64,000 bases of DNA from contig JBFRWN010000047.1 of NCBI GenBank assembly GCA_051439605.1, positions 21,169 to 85,168 of the forward strand, given 5' to 3'. A program made the translations under genes and the position numbers. Source of the DNA: Synechococcus sp. GTDB lineage: Bacteria > Cyanobacteriota > Cyanobacteriia > Thermostichales > PCC-7336. Below, piece by piece: positions 10,748 through 20,820 of the stretch (the stretch's first letter is position 1; each line of letters opens with the position of its first letter). A model generated the notes under the pieces. The model did no database searches. It was not told the DNA's origin and saw only the letters and a list, made by a program, of their open reading frames with translations.

Positions 10748-11263
10748 TCATTCCTCTGTCGTGCGCACTTCTCCATCCGGCATGATCGTGTTGGTGAAAA
10801 TGACAGAGCCAATATCAACGTTGTCCATGTTGGCATTGCGCAGATTTGCATTGCTGAAATCGGTTCCCAACATGACCGCCCCGCTCAGGTCTGCTCCGCG
10901 CAGATCGGCCCCTGAAAAATTGGCGTTAATTAAATCAGCCCGGGTTAAGTCCACATCTGTAAGATTCGCCTGGCTGAAATCCGCCTCGCTGAGGTTTGCC
11001 TCACTCAGTAAAGCTTCCTGCAAGATCGATCGCGCCACCAGGGCCCCGTGCAAATTAACCCTCCGCAACGATGTTCGCAGCACCGCCGCATCGCACAAAA
11101 CAGCCTCAGACAAATCACTTTTGTAAAAATCGCATTCCACCAAAGTGACAAACTGCAGTTGAGCACCGTGCAGCTGCCCTTGGATGAGGCTCAAGTGATG
11201 AAAGTCTCGCTTACCGGTCTCGTAGGCAGCTAGAAATTCTTCAGCGGTCACAACAAATACCAT
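10748..11263 (-). CDS. Pentapeptide repeat protein
   Basis: AEEFLAAYETGKRDF N-terminus followed by A(D/N)LxX repeats (ANLSEADFSQANLT, ADLRGADLSGA). Confidence 0.93.
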   Translation of the reverse strand: MVFVVTAEEFLAAYETGKRDFHHLSLIQGQLHGAQLQFVTLVECDFYKSDLSEAVLCDAAVLRTSLRRVNLHGALVARSILQEALLSEANLSEADFSQANLTDVDLTRADLINANFSGADLRGADLSGAVMLGTDFSNANLRNANMDNVDIGSVIFTNTIMPDGEVRTTEE

Positions 11264-11340
11264 GTTGTATCGATGAGTTTCTCATTACGGCAATGAAAAT
11301 TATAGACAGTGATTCCTCTTCAGGCGTAGCATCTTTGCAG

Positions 11341-11739
11341 TCATCGTGATGTTGCATGCCAATAACCCGTAACGGTGTAAGCTTCTGCGTCTCCTGGCCA
11401 GGGGGGCATCGTGATGGCTACAGCAGTGAGGGGACTATTCCCCCCCGCCCGAAATTGAAAGGCCGTGCCCAATGGAATTGTCACACTGATGCCAGCAGTC
11501 AATGTGACGATTTCTTCACGATCGCCCTGTTTGCGCCACATCTCCCCCTCCCCCCCCAACACGTACCAAATTTCTTCAACGGTTCGGTGAGCGACCGCTA
11601 CAGAAGTTTTCCCAGGTAGGAGTTCAAAATGTGCCATACTCCCCCTAGGTAAGGAGGTTAAAATCCGTACATTCGAACCGTCAGGGGCGATCGCATCGGG
11701 GAGTTCGGGCAACATTCGAATGGTAAATGGAATTGCCAT
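11341..11739 (-). CDS. Cupin domain protein (mannose-6-phosphate isomerase-like)
   Basis: APDGSNVRIL, AVAHRTVEEIWYVLGGEG, IPLGTAFQFR, ITMPPWPG. Start set at ATG 11739. Confidence 0.85.
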   Translation of the reverse strand: MAIPFTIRMLPELPDAIAPDGSNVRILTSLPRGSMAHFELLPGKTSVAVAHRTVEEIWYVLGGEGEMWRKQGDREEIVTLTAGISVTIPLGTAFQFRAGGNSPLTAVAITMPPWPGDAEAYTVTGYWHATSR

Positions 11740-11943
11740 CTCAAGCCAACACATTATTTGCCAATGCTGCGAGTGTAGCGATAGGGGCACGCGATGGCAC
11801 TCTCTCCGCAAGTCTTCACTGTTTAGCAGTAAGTTTTCAGGGCAAAAAGAGTCTGCTATGGCGACCCATTTACCAGGAACAGTCAAACAGGAACAGTTCA
11901 ATTCCTTCGGCATCAAAGGTCAAGCAATGAAAAGGAGCAACCA

Positions 11944-12468
11944 ATGAAATGGCAGGAGAATGCACTCGTGATTGTTGGTGTGCTGATGGTTACCGGTTGT
12001 ACAACTACGTCTACTTCAAATGTCCCGAATTCTGCCGAAATTACGCCTGTTGCAGTCACAGCAAGTGACTGGGAAAAGGCAGCAGATGGAGGGTGGGGGG
12101 ATTTTCCTCCGCAATTAACAATCGATGGAAGCTTGGACCCAAAGTCCTCTTGGCGGGCAGAAGGTGACGGAGCCTGGATTGAGTATGACTTAGGTGAAGC
12201 CGTTGTGCTGCAAGGTCTGCAAATTGCTTTCCTCAAGGGGGATGAACGTCAGTACACCTTCGATATCCAAATCAGTAACTCTGGGGCTCAAGGGGATTGG
12301 CAAACAGTTCTCGATCGCCAGCTAAGTACGGGAGCTTCTGCCCAGATGGAGACCTATTCGTTTAAGCCAGCGGAGGCGCAATATATTAGAGTTATCGGGC
12401 ATGGGAATAGCGACGAAGATTTCGGTAAATGGACCAACATTGTGGAAATCAGGTTTGAACCTAAATAA
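11944..12468 (+). CDS. Lipoprotein with discoidin/F5-8 type C (CBM32-like) domain
   Basis: Lipobox MVTGC; IDG..SSWRAEGDGAWIEYDLG, AFLKGDERQYTFDI, AQYIRVIGHGN..WTNIVE. Confidence 0.8.
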   Translation: MKWQENALVIVGVLMVTGCTTTSTSNVPNSAEITPVAVTASDWEKAADGGWGDFPPQLTIDGSLDPKSSWRAEGDGAWIEYDLGEAVVLQGLQIAFLKGDERQYTFDIQISNSGAQGDWQTVLDRQLSTGASAQMETYSFKPAEAQYIRVIGHGNSDEDFGKWTNIVEIRFEPK

Positions 12469-12729
12469 GGTCGTTCTACAACTGCAGACAAGAGTCAAAC
12501 TCATAGACTCAGCGTTTGTATCGCAAAACAATTTGATTTTTAGCCACAATCTCTATCTAAAATATTGTGCTTAATGTATGTATCAATCATCATAATTTTT
12601 GTCGTGAAGTTTAGCCCCTAAACAGAAACCTGGAACACTTCCACCATCTTGCATTAAAGCTAAGTTGGTCAGGCCTGAAATAATCAACTATGTCTCTTAC
12701 TGTAAGCCAAGTCAAAATCCTTGTTAACC

Positions 12730-13899
12730 ATGAAAAACGATAGTATTCCTACCATAGATTCAAATATAGTTACGATATCCATAAAGGAGCCTGAGACATC
12801 TTCACGGATATTAGATGATATGGATATGCTGAATAAGCACATCATCTTTGTTCTGGGAATGCATCGAAGTGGAACCAGCGCAATAACGCGTGGCCTTCAA
12901 GTTTTAGGTGTAGACTTAGGTAATACACTGATGCCAGCAGTCGAGAATAATAATGATAAGGGTTTCTGGGAAGATATAGAAGTCAACGAACTTAACATCT
13001 CTATACTGGAACACTTAGGATATAATTGGTACTCCTTAGAACCAACAATTCTAGATGAGAACACATTGGAACAAATTCCACAAAGCTTCAAGTCTCAAGC
13101 TGCGGAACTCCTTCGAAAAAAACTTTCTACCAACAATATATTAGGTATTAAGGATCCAAGATTTTCTCGACTGCTCCCTTTCTGGAAACATGTTGTTAAG
13201 TGTCTAAATATAAAATCAAGTTATCTTATTGCCCTCAGAAATCCAAAAAGTGTCGCATATTCTTTAGCTAGGCGAGACGGATTCGAGCTTACTAAGGGAT
13301 ATTATTTATGGCTAGAGTATATGCTTGACAGCTTAAGGTATACAAGAGAAGAAAATTTTGTTTTTGTTGACTATGATGCACTCATGATCGATCCGAGTGC
13401 TCAGCTTCAAAGAATCGCAGATAGTTTTCAACTTACATTTGAATCTTGCTCCGATCAATATATTCAATACAAAAGTGAATATCTAGACGAAAAACTTCGA
13501 CATACTAGTTATCAGCTTAAAGATATTTCTTCCGATCCATCAATCCCAGCAATTGTCAGAAATCTCTATAAACTACTAAAAGGATGTGCTTGTAAATTTG
13601 ATTATATCACCAATAAGGAACTAGATATTGCGATCAATAGATTCACTGAAAAACTTCAAGAAATTAGTCCTCTTTTGCAACTTCTCAGTATCTATGACAA
13701 CAAGATTCTAAAGTTAGAAGATGAAAGCAAACATCTCAATAGACTGGTCAGAAAGCTCGAGGATCAAGTTGATTGTCAAAGCAAACAACTGTCTATTATA
13801 ATAGACTCTAAAAGCTGGCAAATTACTGCGCCATTCAGATGGTTATCTCTTCAAGTAAGACAATTAATTTACTTGGTGCGAAATTCATTCGTATTCTAA
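12730..13899 (+). CDS. Sulfotransferase family protein with C-terminal coiled coil
   Basis: VLGMHRSGTS (PAPS-binding P-loop), NDKGFWE, KDPR, RNPKSVAYSL, SKSWQITAPFR. Confidence 0.85.
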   Translation: MKNDSIPTIDSNIVTISIKEPETSSRILDDMDMLNKHIIFVLGMHRSGTSAITRGLQVLGVDLGNTLMPAVENNNDKGFWEDIEVNELNISILEHLGYNWYSLEPTILDENTLEQIPQSFKSQAAELLRKKLSTNNILGIKDPRFSRLLPFWKHVVKCLNIKSSYLIALRNPKSVAYSLARRDGFELTKGYYLWLEYMLDSLRYTREENFVFVDYDALMIDPSAQLQRIADSFQLTFESCSDQYIQYKSEYLDEKLRHTSYQLKDISSDPSIPAIVRNLYKLLKGCACKFDYITNKELDIAINRFTEKLQEISPLLQLLSIYDNKILKLEDESKHLNRLVRKLEDQVDCQSKQLSIIIDSKSWQITAPFRWLSLQVRQLIYLVRNSFVF

Positions 13900-15749
13900 A
13901 AGAGAGTGGTGTCCTTCTGGAAATATTTCGGAAGGCGGCAGTAATTGTTTCATACGAAGGCATACCTGGCATTTACAAGCGACTTCGAATCAAACTTAGA
14001 GAGCGCTTTTTGGGAAAAAATTACGCTGAGTGGGTTCGCCGTTACGATACGCTTGACGATGCTGCACGTGTCCGCATTCGAGAAAGTATTGAGGCAATGG
14101 CTCACAAGCCTCTGATTTCTTTGGTCATGCCCGTATACGATCCACCAATACAGTTTCTGGAGGTTGCAATACGTTCGATCCAAAACCAAATCTACCCTCA
14201 CTGGGAGCTATTATGTATTGGCGAGGATATATCCAACAATGAGAAGGTTTTCAATCTAATTTCTACATATACCTCCGAAGATGTGCGTATCAAAACTTCC
14301 CATCGAGAATTCAACGATCGCATTTCGCGCGATAGCGATAGCGCGCTAGCACTAGTTTCAGGTGAATATATTGCGCTTTTAAATCATCATGACATGTTGT
14401 CTGAGCATGCTCTTTTCATGATTGCAGGCGCTATCAATCAAGATCCAGACGTAGGTTTGATATATTCAGATGAAGATAAAATCAATGTAGACGGTGAACG
14501 CTATAGTCCGTACTTTAAGTGTGAATTCAACTACGAGCTTTTTCTCGCTCAAAACTATATCTCTCACTTTACTGTATATCGCCATTCTTTGCTGAAAGAT
14601 ATTGGTGGTTTCAGCATTAGTGCTAACAGTTTTAATGACCACAATCTGGCTCTAAAAGCTATAGAGAAAATCAGGCCAAGCCAAATCGTACATTTGCCCT
14701 ATGTACTCTATCACTGGCAGGAATTTGAAGAAGGTACTGCACAGCTTGAGTCTTCAAATAATTCAGCCTCTAATGCCAGCCGAATATCAGTAGCAGAACA
14801 TCTTCAACGTTGTGGCATTGAAGCTGATGTATTGCCTGCACCTGAGGCTCCAAACTATAATCGTGTACGATTTTCACTTCCAAACACATTACCATTAGTC
14901 AGTATTATTATTCCTACACGAGATCGGGCCAACTTGCTTCGAATGTGTATTAATTCGATCCTAGAGAAATCTACATATCCAAATTTCGAAATCATTATTG
15001 TTGATAACGGTAGTTTAGAACAAGATACGATGAGACTGTTCGATGAGCTGCCAAAGAATCGAGTCAACATACTCCAAAACAGTTCTCCCTTCAATTTCTC
15101 CGAACTCAACAATTTTGGTGTCAATCAATCGAACGGTGAATTAATATGCTTGATGAATAATGATATTGAAGTTCTCACACCAAACTGGTTAGAAGAGATG
15201 GTTTCATTTGCAGTTAGGCCAGACGTTGGCTGCGTGGGTGCAAAACTCTGGTATCCAAATCAGCTTCTTCAGCATGGAGGTGTCATAACCGGACTTGGAG
15301 ATGTGGCGGGACACTTCCATAAAAAACTACCATACGGTTCTCCTGGATATTTCTCTAGAGCTATACTTCATCAGAGCTTAAGTGCTGTTACTGCTGCATG
15401 TTTACTGGTTCGCCGGGCTATTTTTGATGAAGTTTGTGGTCTTGAAGAATCGCTAGCTGTTGCTTTTAACGATGTTGATTTCTGTATGCGCGTACGTGAA
15501 GCAGGTTATCGGAATGTATGGACACCTTATGCAGAAATGATTCACCACGAATCGGTATCTAGAGGTTATGAAGATACGCCCGAAAAGCAGGCTCGATTAG
15601 CAAAAGAAGTTCAATTCATGAAGCAGCGTTGGAGTGATAAGTTAGTTCGAGATCCTTCATACAGCCCTAATCTTACTCTCGATACTGAAAATATTTCGTA
15701 TGCGTTTCCGCCACGCGTTGTCAAGGTCAAAGATTTTATTGGAAATTAA
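13839..15749 (+). CDS. Glycosyltransferase family 2 with two GT-A domains
   Basis: ISLVMPVY..YSDED, then VSIIIPTRD..IVDNGS, FNFSELNN, NNDIEV, AVTAACL, FNDVDFC, HHESVSRG. Confidence 0.9.
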   Translation: MVISSSKTINLLGAKFIRILKESGVLLEIFRKAAVIVSYEGIPGIYKRLRIKLRERFLGKNYAEWVRRYDTLDDAARVRIRESIEAMAHKPLISLVMPVYDPPIQFLEVAIRSIQNQIYPHWELLCIGEDISNNEKVFNLISTYTSEDVRIKTSHREFNDRISRDSDSALALVSGEYIALLNHHDMLSEHALFMIAGAINQDPDVGLIYSDEDKINVDGERYSPYFKCEFNYELFLAQNYISHFTVYRHSLLKDIGGFSISANSFNDHNLALKAIEKIRPSQIVHLPYVLYHWQEFEEGTAQLESSNNSASNASRISVAEHLQRCGIEADVLPAPEAPNYNRVRFSLPNTLPLVSIIIPTRDRANLLRMCINSILEKSTYPNFEIIIVDNGSLEQDTMRLFDELPKNRVNILQNSSPFNFSELNNFGVNQSNGELICLMNNDIEVLTPNWLEEMVSFAVRPDVGCVGAKLWYPNQLLQHGGVITGLGDVAGHFHKKLPYGSPGYFSRAILHQSLSAVTAACLLVRRAIFDEVCGLEESLAVAFNDVDFCMRVREAGYRNVWTPYAEMIHHESVSRGYEDTPEKQARLAKEVQFMKQRWSDKLVRDPSYSPNLTLDTENISYAFPPRVVKVKDFIGN

Positions 15750-15792
15750 ATACAATATTTCAACGTACTCGTCCCATGGTCGAGGTTTGGGG

Positions 15793-16770
15793 TCAACGAA
15801 TAGACATTCTAACTCTAGAAAGTACCCCAAATCCAATTCTAAATAAGAACCACTTATTCGGACAATCTAATGATTTAATTCCTGGACAATCAAATAGCCG
15901 AATTACTCTCTGAAAATTCTGCCAATCCCCCCTCCGCAGCTGTCTCCATGCTCCTGCCAGAATAAACTGATATAAAAACAAACTCTTACATCGTTTTAGC
16001 TCTTCCGAACTCAAAACTTCCATCTGGCTTACTTCTGAAAATAATTCCAATAACAAGGCAATCGTTTCTTCATTAAACACCTCCATCGTTAATGCCTCAG
16101 AATGCACTCTATACGACACCGTTATTTCCCTACAACAATAGACCCCACAATGTGCAAATAATCGTCTCCACATCTCCACATCGCAAGGCTCCCTCCACTC
16201 GGGCCGAAAGCCCCCCACCACTTTCAAAACTGACCGTTGAAAGACGATCGCAGGAAAACGAACAAACGAAGAATCTGAAAACAAACGAATTAAAGCTTCC
16301 TTCGAAGATAAATAACGATCGGTACTAAAAACCTGTCGCTTCATCACCTGTTCTTGCGCATCAACCACCAAAGCACCAAAAAGTAACACTGCATATTTGT
16401 CCTCTAACCGATCGAGCGTTACCAATAAACGGTCAATTCCCCCCGGCACGAAAAAATCATCGTCATGTAGAACCATTACATAGCGCCCTTGGGCCAAGGC
16501 GATCGCCCGATTCCAATTCTGAGCCATCCCCAAAGCAATCGGATGATGTTCGTAGCACCAACTCCAACCTTTGAGGATGTCCTCTGCAATCGCTTCACAC
16601 GTCCGATCGTCTGAATCATCTGCGATCGAAATTTCAACCCTTGACCGAGCAACCTGATTCCCCTCGACAATAGATTGCAGACCCCGCTGAAACCACAGGG
16701 GACGATTATAGGCCGGGATACAAATACTTAAAATCGGGTTTTTAATCATTACTCTTTGGTTCTGTTGCAT
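15793..16770 (-). CDS. Glycosyltransferase family 2
   Basis: LSICIPAYNRP, IADDSD, NWNRAI, VLHDDD. Start uncertain (16749 or 16770). Confidence 0.88.
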   Translation of the reverse strand: MQQNQRVMIKNPILSICIPAYNRPLWFQRGLQSIVEGNQVARSRVEISIADDSDDRTCEAIAEDILKGWSWCYEHHPIALGMAQNWNRAIALAQGRYVMVLHDDDFFVPGGIDRLLVTLDRLEDKYAVLLFGALVVDAQEQVMKRQVFSTDRYLSSKEALIRLFSDSSFVRFPAIVFQRSVLKVVGGFRPEWREPCDVEMWRRLFAHCGVYCCREITVSYRVHSEALTMEVFNEETIALLLELFSEVSQMEVLSSEELKRCKSLFLYQFILAGAWRQLRRGDWQNFQRVIRLFDCPGIKSLDCPNKWFLFRIGFGVLSRVRMSIR

Positions 16771-17533
16771 CTGCCAGGAAGCACAGGAGATCTCTAACAC
16801 TCTCTTACTCTTTTACACAGCAATCTCTATAGGGATATAACGTTTTTCAGCTCGGATCGCTGTAATGTGTCCCCTTCGACAGATGCGCCTGTTCAGCGAG
16901 GCCCAAGAAACAAGTCAACCAGGCTTAGGGGTTGGATATTGAGTGGCCCGAGATGAGGCGGTGCTTCGTGGGTCATCTTCCTTTAAGGGGATGACGGAGA
17001 AATAGAAAGCCAGCAGCCGATCGCGGGGGTTGTTGAGCGACTGTCTTTGCAAGAGCTTGCCATCCATCGCTAGGAGGCTTTTTATTTTAAGAAGTAACAA
17101 CAAAGATATCTGCAAGTTCTATCTACCTTCGTGCATCTATACGTCTCTACACATTTGTAGACAGAAAAAATGGACCCGTTGTCCGATAGGGGGGTATTGA
17201 CTGTCCGCCATGATGAATTTCTTGAGTGCCAGAACGGAATGAAAGGGACTTGGAGCGACGGTTTTATCGCTGATGGCCGATCCCGGTATATGCATCCCGA
17301 TTCGTAAGGCGTCATTGAGGTTCTCAGTACTTTTATAGATTTGTTTACTTAGAGTCACTTAATCCTGGGAGGACTCTTAGGATAGAACTCATTGAAGACA
17401 AATACTTATGCTCTGCTTGCACTTGCACTCGCCTACTGCACGAGTCGGGTTGTCATAATTGACTTCTGCTGAGCTGGTTGGGGGGAGACCAACCTAATTC
17501 GTGCGAATCTGCCCTAACTCTGTTGGTGCAAAC

Positions 17534-18205
17534 GTGACGATTGAAACCCTTGTACTAGAAGCCCATCCACTCGTACAGATGGGATTAGTTCATTTGATTG
17601 AAGGCCAACCCCAGTTTCATATTTGGGGGGTTGCCGAATCAGCGACTTCTGCTCTGGAGCTGTTACAAAATGGCTTGTTTGAAGATCGCTTGCCCGATCT
17701 GCTGCTCATGAGTCCGGCGATACCGGATATTAGTCGCAGCGTGAGTTTCGTGCGGCAACTGCAACAGTCGAATACCCGCGTGCGCATCTTGGCTTTACTG
17801 GAAATGGGGGAGTTGGCGAAATCTCATGCCAGCGTTTTAGTCAATAGCGGCGTGCAAGGATGCTGTCTCAAGTCAAAGCCAGTAGGGCACATTGTGCAGG
17901 CCTTAACTGCGATTGCCTCCGATGTTTGCTGGATGGATTCAGAATTGAACGGACTGCAGAAAAACCTGCGCAATCAGTATGTCGTTGCGGCTAAAGTTCC
18001 CTCTCGGCCAGAAATCTCGCTGTCTAACCGCGAGCGCCAGGTCCTACAGGAAATCACTTCTGGCAAAAGTAACCGAGAGATTGCTAAGACTCTGGAAGTA
18101 GCTGAGAGTACCATCAAGTCTCATATCGTGCGCATCTTACGCAAGATGAGGGTGCGCGATCGCACCCAGGCGGCGGTGGTAGCTATGCGCGAAGGGTTGG
18201 TCTAG
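17534..18205 (+). CDS. NarL/LuxR-family response regulator with atypical receiver
   Basis: C-terminal LSNRERQVLQEITSGKSNREIA..TIKSHI..DRTQAAVVA LuxR HTH; receiver-like N-terminus. Start GTG 17501 or 17534. Confidence 0.88.
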   Translation: MTIETLVLEAHPLVQMGLVHLIEGQPQFHIWGVAESATSALELLQNGLFEDRLPDLLLMSPAIPDISRSVSFVRQLQQSNTRVRILALLEMGELAKSHASVLVNSGVQGCCLKSKPVGHIVQALTAIASDVCWMDSELNGLQKNLRNQYVVAAKVPSRPEISLSNRERQVLQEITSGKSNREIAKTLEVAESTIKSHIVRILRKMRVRDRTQAAVVAMREGLV

Positions 18206-18224
18206 CACCGATCCATTTGCATCT

Positions 18225-19361
18225 TTAAACTCTAGCCTCCAGTGGAATGTAGGTCAGATTGCGATCGCCGGTATAGACCTGGGTGGGTCGGAACAGGCGG
18301 TTGTCATCCAGTTGTTCTTTCCAGTGGGCTAACCAACCCGCCACTCGGGAAATCGCAAACACTGGAGTGAAGAAATCTTCAGGAATACCGAGCTTGGAGT
18401 AGACCAAGCCAGAATAGAAATCAACATTGGGGTAGATCCCCTTGGCCCCCAACAGCTCTTCACAAACAGACTCAACTTCTAGGGCAATGTCATAGATTTT
18501 GTCGTGACCGAGGCGATCGAACAGTTCCTCAGCTAACTTTTGCAGAATGGTTGCACGAGGATCTTTGACTTTGTACACTCGATGGCCCAAACCCATAATG
18601 CGCTCTTTACGGGCGAGGCAGTCTTCAATAAACGGGCGCACATTTTCTACACTGCCAATCTTCCGCAACGCTTTCATCACCCTCTCATTGGCGCCACCAT
18701 GTAAGCTTCCTGACAAGGTGCCAACAGCTGCAGTAATGGCCGTGTAGGGATCGGCTAGGGTGGAGGCAGTGACCAACGTGGAGAACGTCGAGGCATTGAC
18801 CGTATGTTCTGCATGCAGTATTAAGCAGATATCAAATATCCTTGCTTCCCATGGGTCAGGGACCCGACCGGTCATCATGTAGAGGAAGTTGCTGGCATGA
18901 TCGAGATCGTCCCGTGGGGCAATCGGATCGTTCCCTTGACGCATTTGGCGGAAAGCAGCCACAAAGGTTGGAAACTTAGCCAATAACCGGACAACTGTGC
19001 CAGTGACGTAATCTTCGTCAAAGCTGCTGATGGGATAGAAAAGACCCAAACCCGCAACGCAAGTTTGTAGGGCATCCATCGGGTGACCAGACTCGGGGAA
19101 GCATTTGATCATGTCCCGTATGCGGTATTTGACCCGCCGGTGAATGCGAGTTTCGAGATCGAATTCGTCCAACTCATCGCGAGTGGGCAGTTTTCCGAAA
19201 ATCAGCAGATAGGCAGTTTCGAGAAAGTTACTGTGCTCAGTGAGCTGGTCGATACTGATGCCGCGGTACTCTAAAATACCTTGTTGCCCATCAATGAAGC
19301 TGATGTTGGAGCTGGTGGCTGGAACACCTTCCAATCCGGGTTTATAAGTTCCTTCTGCCAT
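18225..19361 (-). CDS. gltA: Citrate synthase
   Basis: PGLEGV, LEYRGI, LHAEH, LHGGANE, MGLGHRVYKVKDPRA, YPNVDFYSG. Confidence 0.98.
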   Translation of the reverse strand: MAEGTYKPGLEGVPATSSNISFIDGQQGILEYRGISIDQLTEHSNFLETAYLLIFGKLPTRDELDEFDLETRIHRRVKYRIRDMIKCFPESGHPMDALQTCVAGLGLFYPISSFDEDYVTGTVVRLLAKFPTFVAAFRQMRQGNDPIAPRDDLDHASNFLYMMTGRVPDPWEARIFDICLILHAEHTVNASTFSTLVTASTLADPYTAITAAVGTLSGSLHGGANERVMKALRKIGSVENVRPFIEDCLARKERIMGLGHRVYKVKDPRATILQKLAEELFDRLGHDKIYDIALEVESVCEELLGAKGIYPNVDFYSGLVYSKLGIPEDFFTPVFAISRVAGWLAHWKEQLDDNRLFRPTQVYTGDRNLTYIPLEARV

Positions 19362-19761
19362 GATTGCTCCCAACTACCAACTGAACAAACTTCGGTACGG
19401 ACGCCACTCGCAAATGTGTGAAAAAGCGGTCCCTACATGACCAAACACCATCACCGGTCGATGGCGATGTGTAGGACGTAACAGGACTTGATTTTAAGCC
19501 TTATTGGTCAGACTCTTCCAGTGCTTGGATGCCTTGGAAATTCTGCCTGCATAGTTGGTGGCTTTCCAGTGGCTTAGCCAAGGCGTCCCTGCGCTCAAAT
19601 GACACCTGTCTTGTGCGGTGCATGCTGTCAATCTCGGTCAGTCTTGGGTCAGGATGAGTCGCAATCGATGGCGATACCGTCCCAAAACAACACTGCAGAA
19701 AATGACTGATGGGTTGTTAACCACAAGGGACTTGCCTAGAGGCAGATTGCCTTCGGGCAAT

Positions 19762-19793
19762 AGATTGAACGCACTGAAGATTGAACGCACTGA
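19762..19793 (+). repeat. Perfect 16-bp tandem duplication AGATTGAACGCACTGA x2
   Basis: Copies read directly at 19762-19777 and 19778-19793. Confidence 0.9.
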
Positions 19794-19884
19794 AAGATTT
19801 AGCTAAATAAAGCTCCACAGATGCGGGTCTGCCTGAACAGTAAGATGGTGGCCAGTAGGGTTGAGGACCGAGGAACCGCTGCTG

Positions 19885-20820
19885 ATGAAGCCCTTTTCAT
19901 TGACCAGAATCGAGCAACCGCAGTGGTTGGTCAAAGGCCTTGCGATCGCCTCAGCTGCGGTTGTCTTTCTAGTGGCATTGACCTTTCTCTTGATACTGAA
20001 ATTGAGCCCGTTGGCCTTGCGCGATCGCCCTGCTGTCGCCTCTGACATTATCCGTCTTGCCCCAAGGGATACAGTACTTGCTGCCACACTTGACGCTCCA
20101 TTACTGGACGTAGAGCGATTAAATCGATATCTCACTCCCTTTTCAGAGCGTGGCCCCTTGCATCGTCAGTGGCAGCAATGGATATCTGCAGAAGGAAAGG
20201 GGCCCCTATCGGAGTTCTTATCGGCTACTCAATTGCGGTTTGACCGCGACTTTCGTCCTTGGTTGGGGCGCGAAAATTTACTGGCAGTTACTGCCACGAA
20301 TGGGGAGCTGCCAGATTATTTTGTGGCGTTGTCCACTCAGGATCTTCAGCGCTCGAATTTTTTACTGAACGTGCTGTGGCAGCAGCAGTACCTCCAGCAG
20401 CAGGACCCTCAAGTGGAGGTTTACAAAGGGGTTCAACTGTTGTCAGTTCCGGTTGGCGATCGCGATTGGGCAGTCGGTGCTGTGGGTAACCGTTACGTTC
20501 TCTTGGCTACAGGATCGGATGTGGCTCGGGGAGCGATTGATAGTTGGCAGATGGAACGGCTTTCGCTGGCCAGCACGCCCATTTACCGAGATGCTGCTGC
20601 GGAGAGAAGCACTCGCCTGGGCCTTGTATACGTCAACTTGCCGGATGGACTTAGCAGGCCGCAAGTCCGGGGTGAAGACGCTTCAGCAGCTGAACACTTA
20701 GAGACTCTTTGGGATATCGACTGGAGTGTTTTGCAAACAGCCGACAACCAACCTACCTTGCTAAAAATAGGGGTTAGCGCTCGCCAATTGGACTTGATGC
20801 CCCTTCAGGCTCAGTCTTAG
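19885..20820 (+). CDS. DUF3352-like membrane-anchored protein
   Basis: N-terminal TM, FDRDFRPWLGRE and YKGVQL motifs recalled from cyanobacterial DUF3352 proteins. Confidence 0.65.
   Translation: MKPFSLTRIEQPQWLVKGLAIASAAVVFLVALTFLLILKLSPLALRDRPAVASDIIRLAPRDTVLAATLDAPLLDVERLNRYLTPFSERGPLHRQWQQWISAEGKGPLSEFLSATQLRFDRDFRPWLGRENLLAVTATNGELPDYFVALSTQDLQRSNFLLNVLWQQQYLQQQDPQVEVYKGVQLLSVPVGDRDWAVGAVGNRYVLLATGSDVARGAIDSWQMERLSLASTPIYRDAAAERSTRLGLVYVNLPDGLSRPQVRGEDASAAEHLETLWDIDWSVLQTADNQPTLLKIGVSARQLDLMPLQAQS

Noticed and set aside
19762..19793. Direct repeat as a possible CRISPR remnant
   Set aside because: Only two adjacent 16-bp copies, with no spacer and no cas genes
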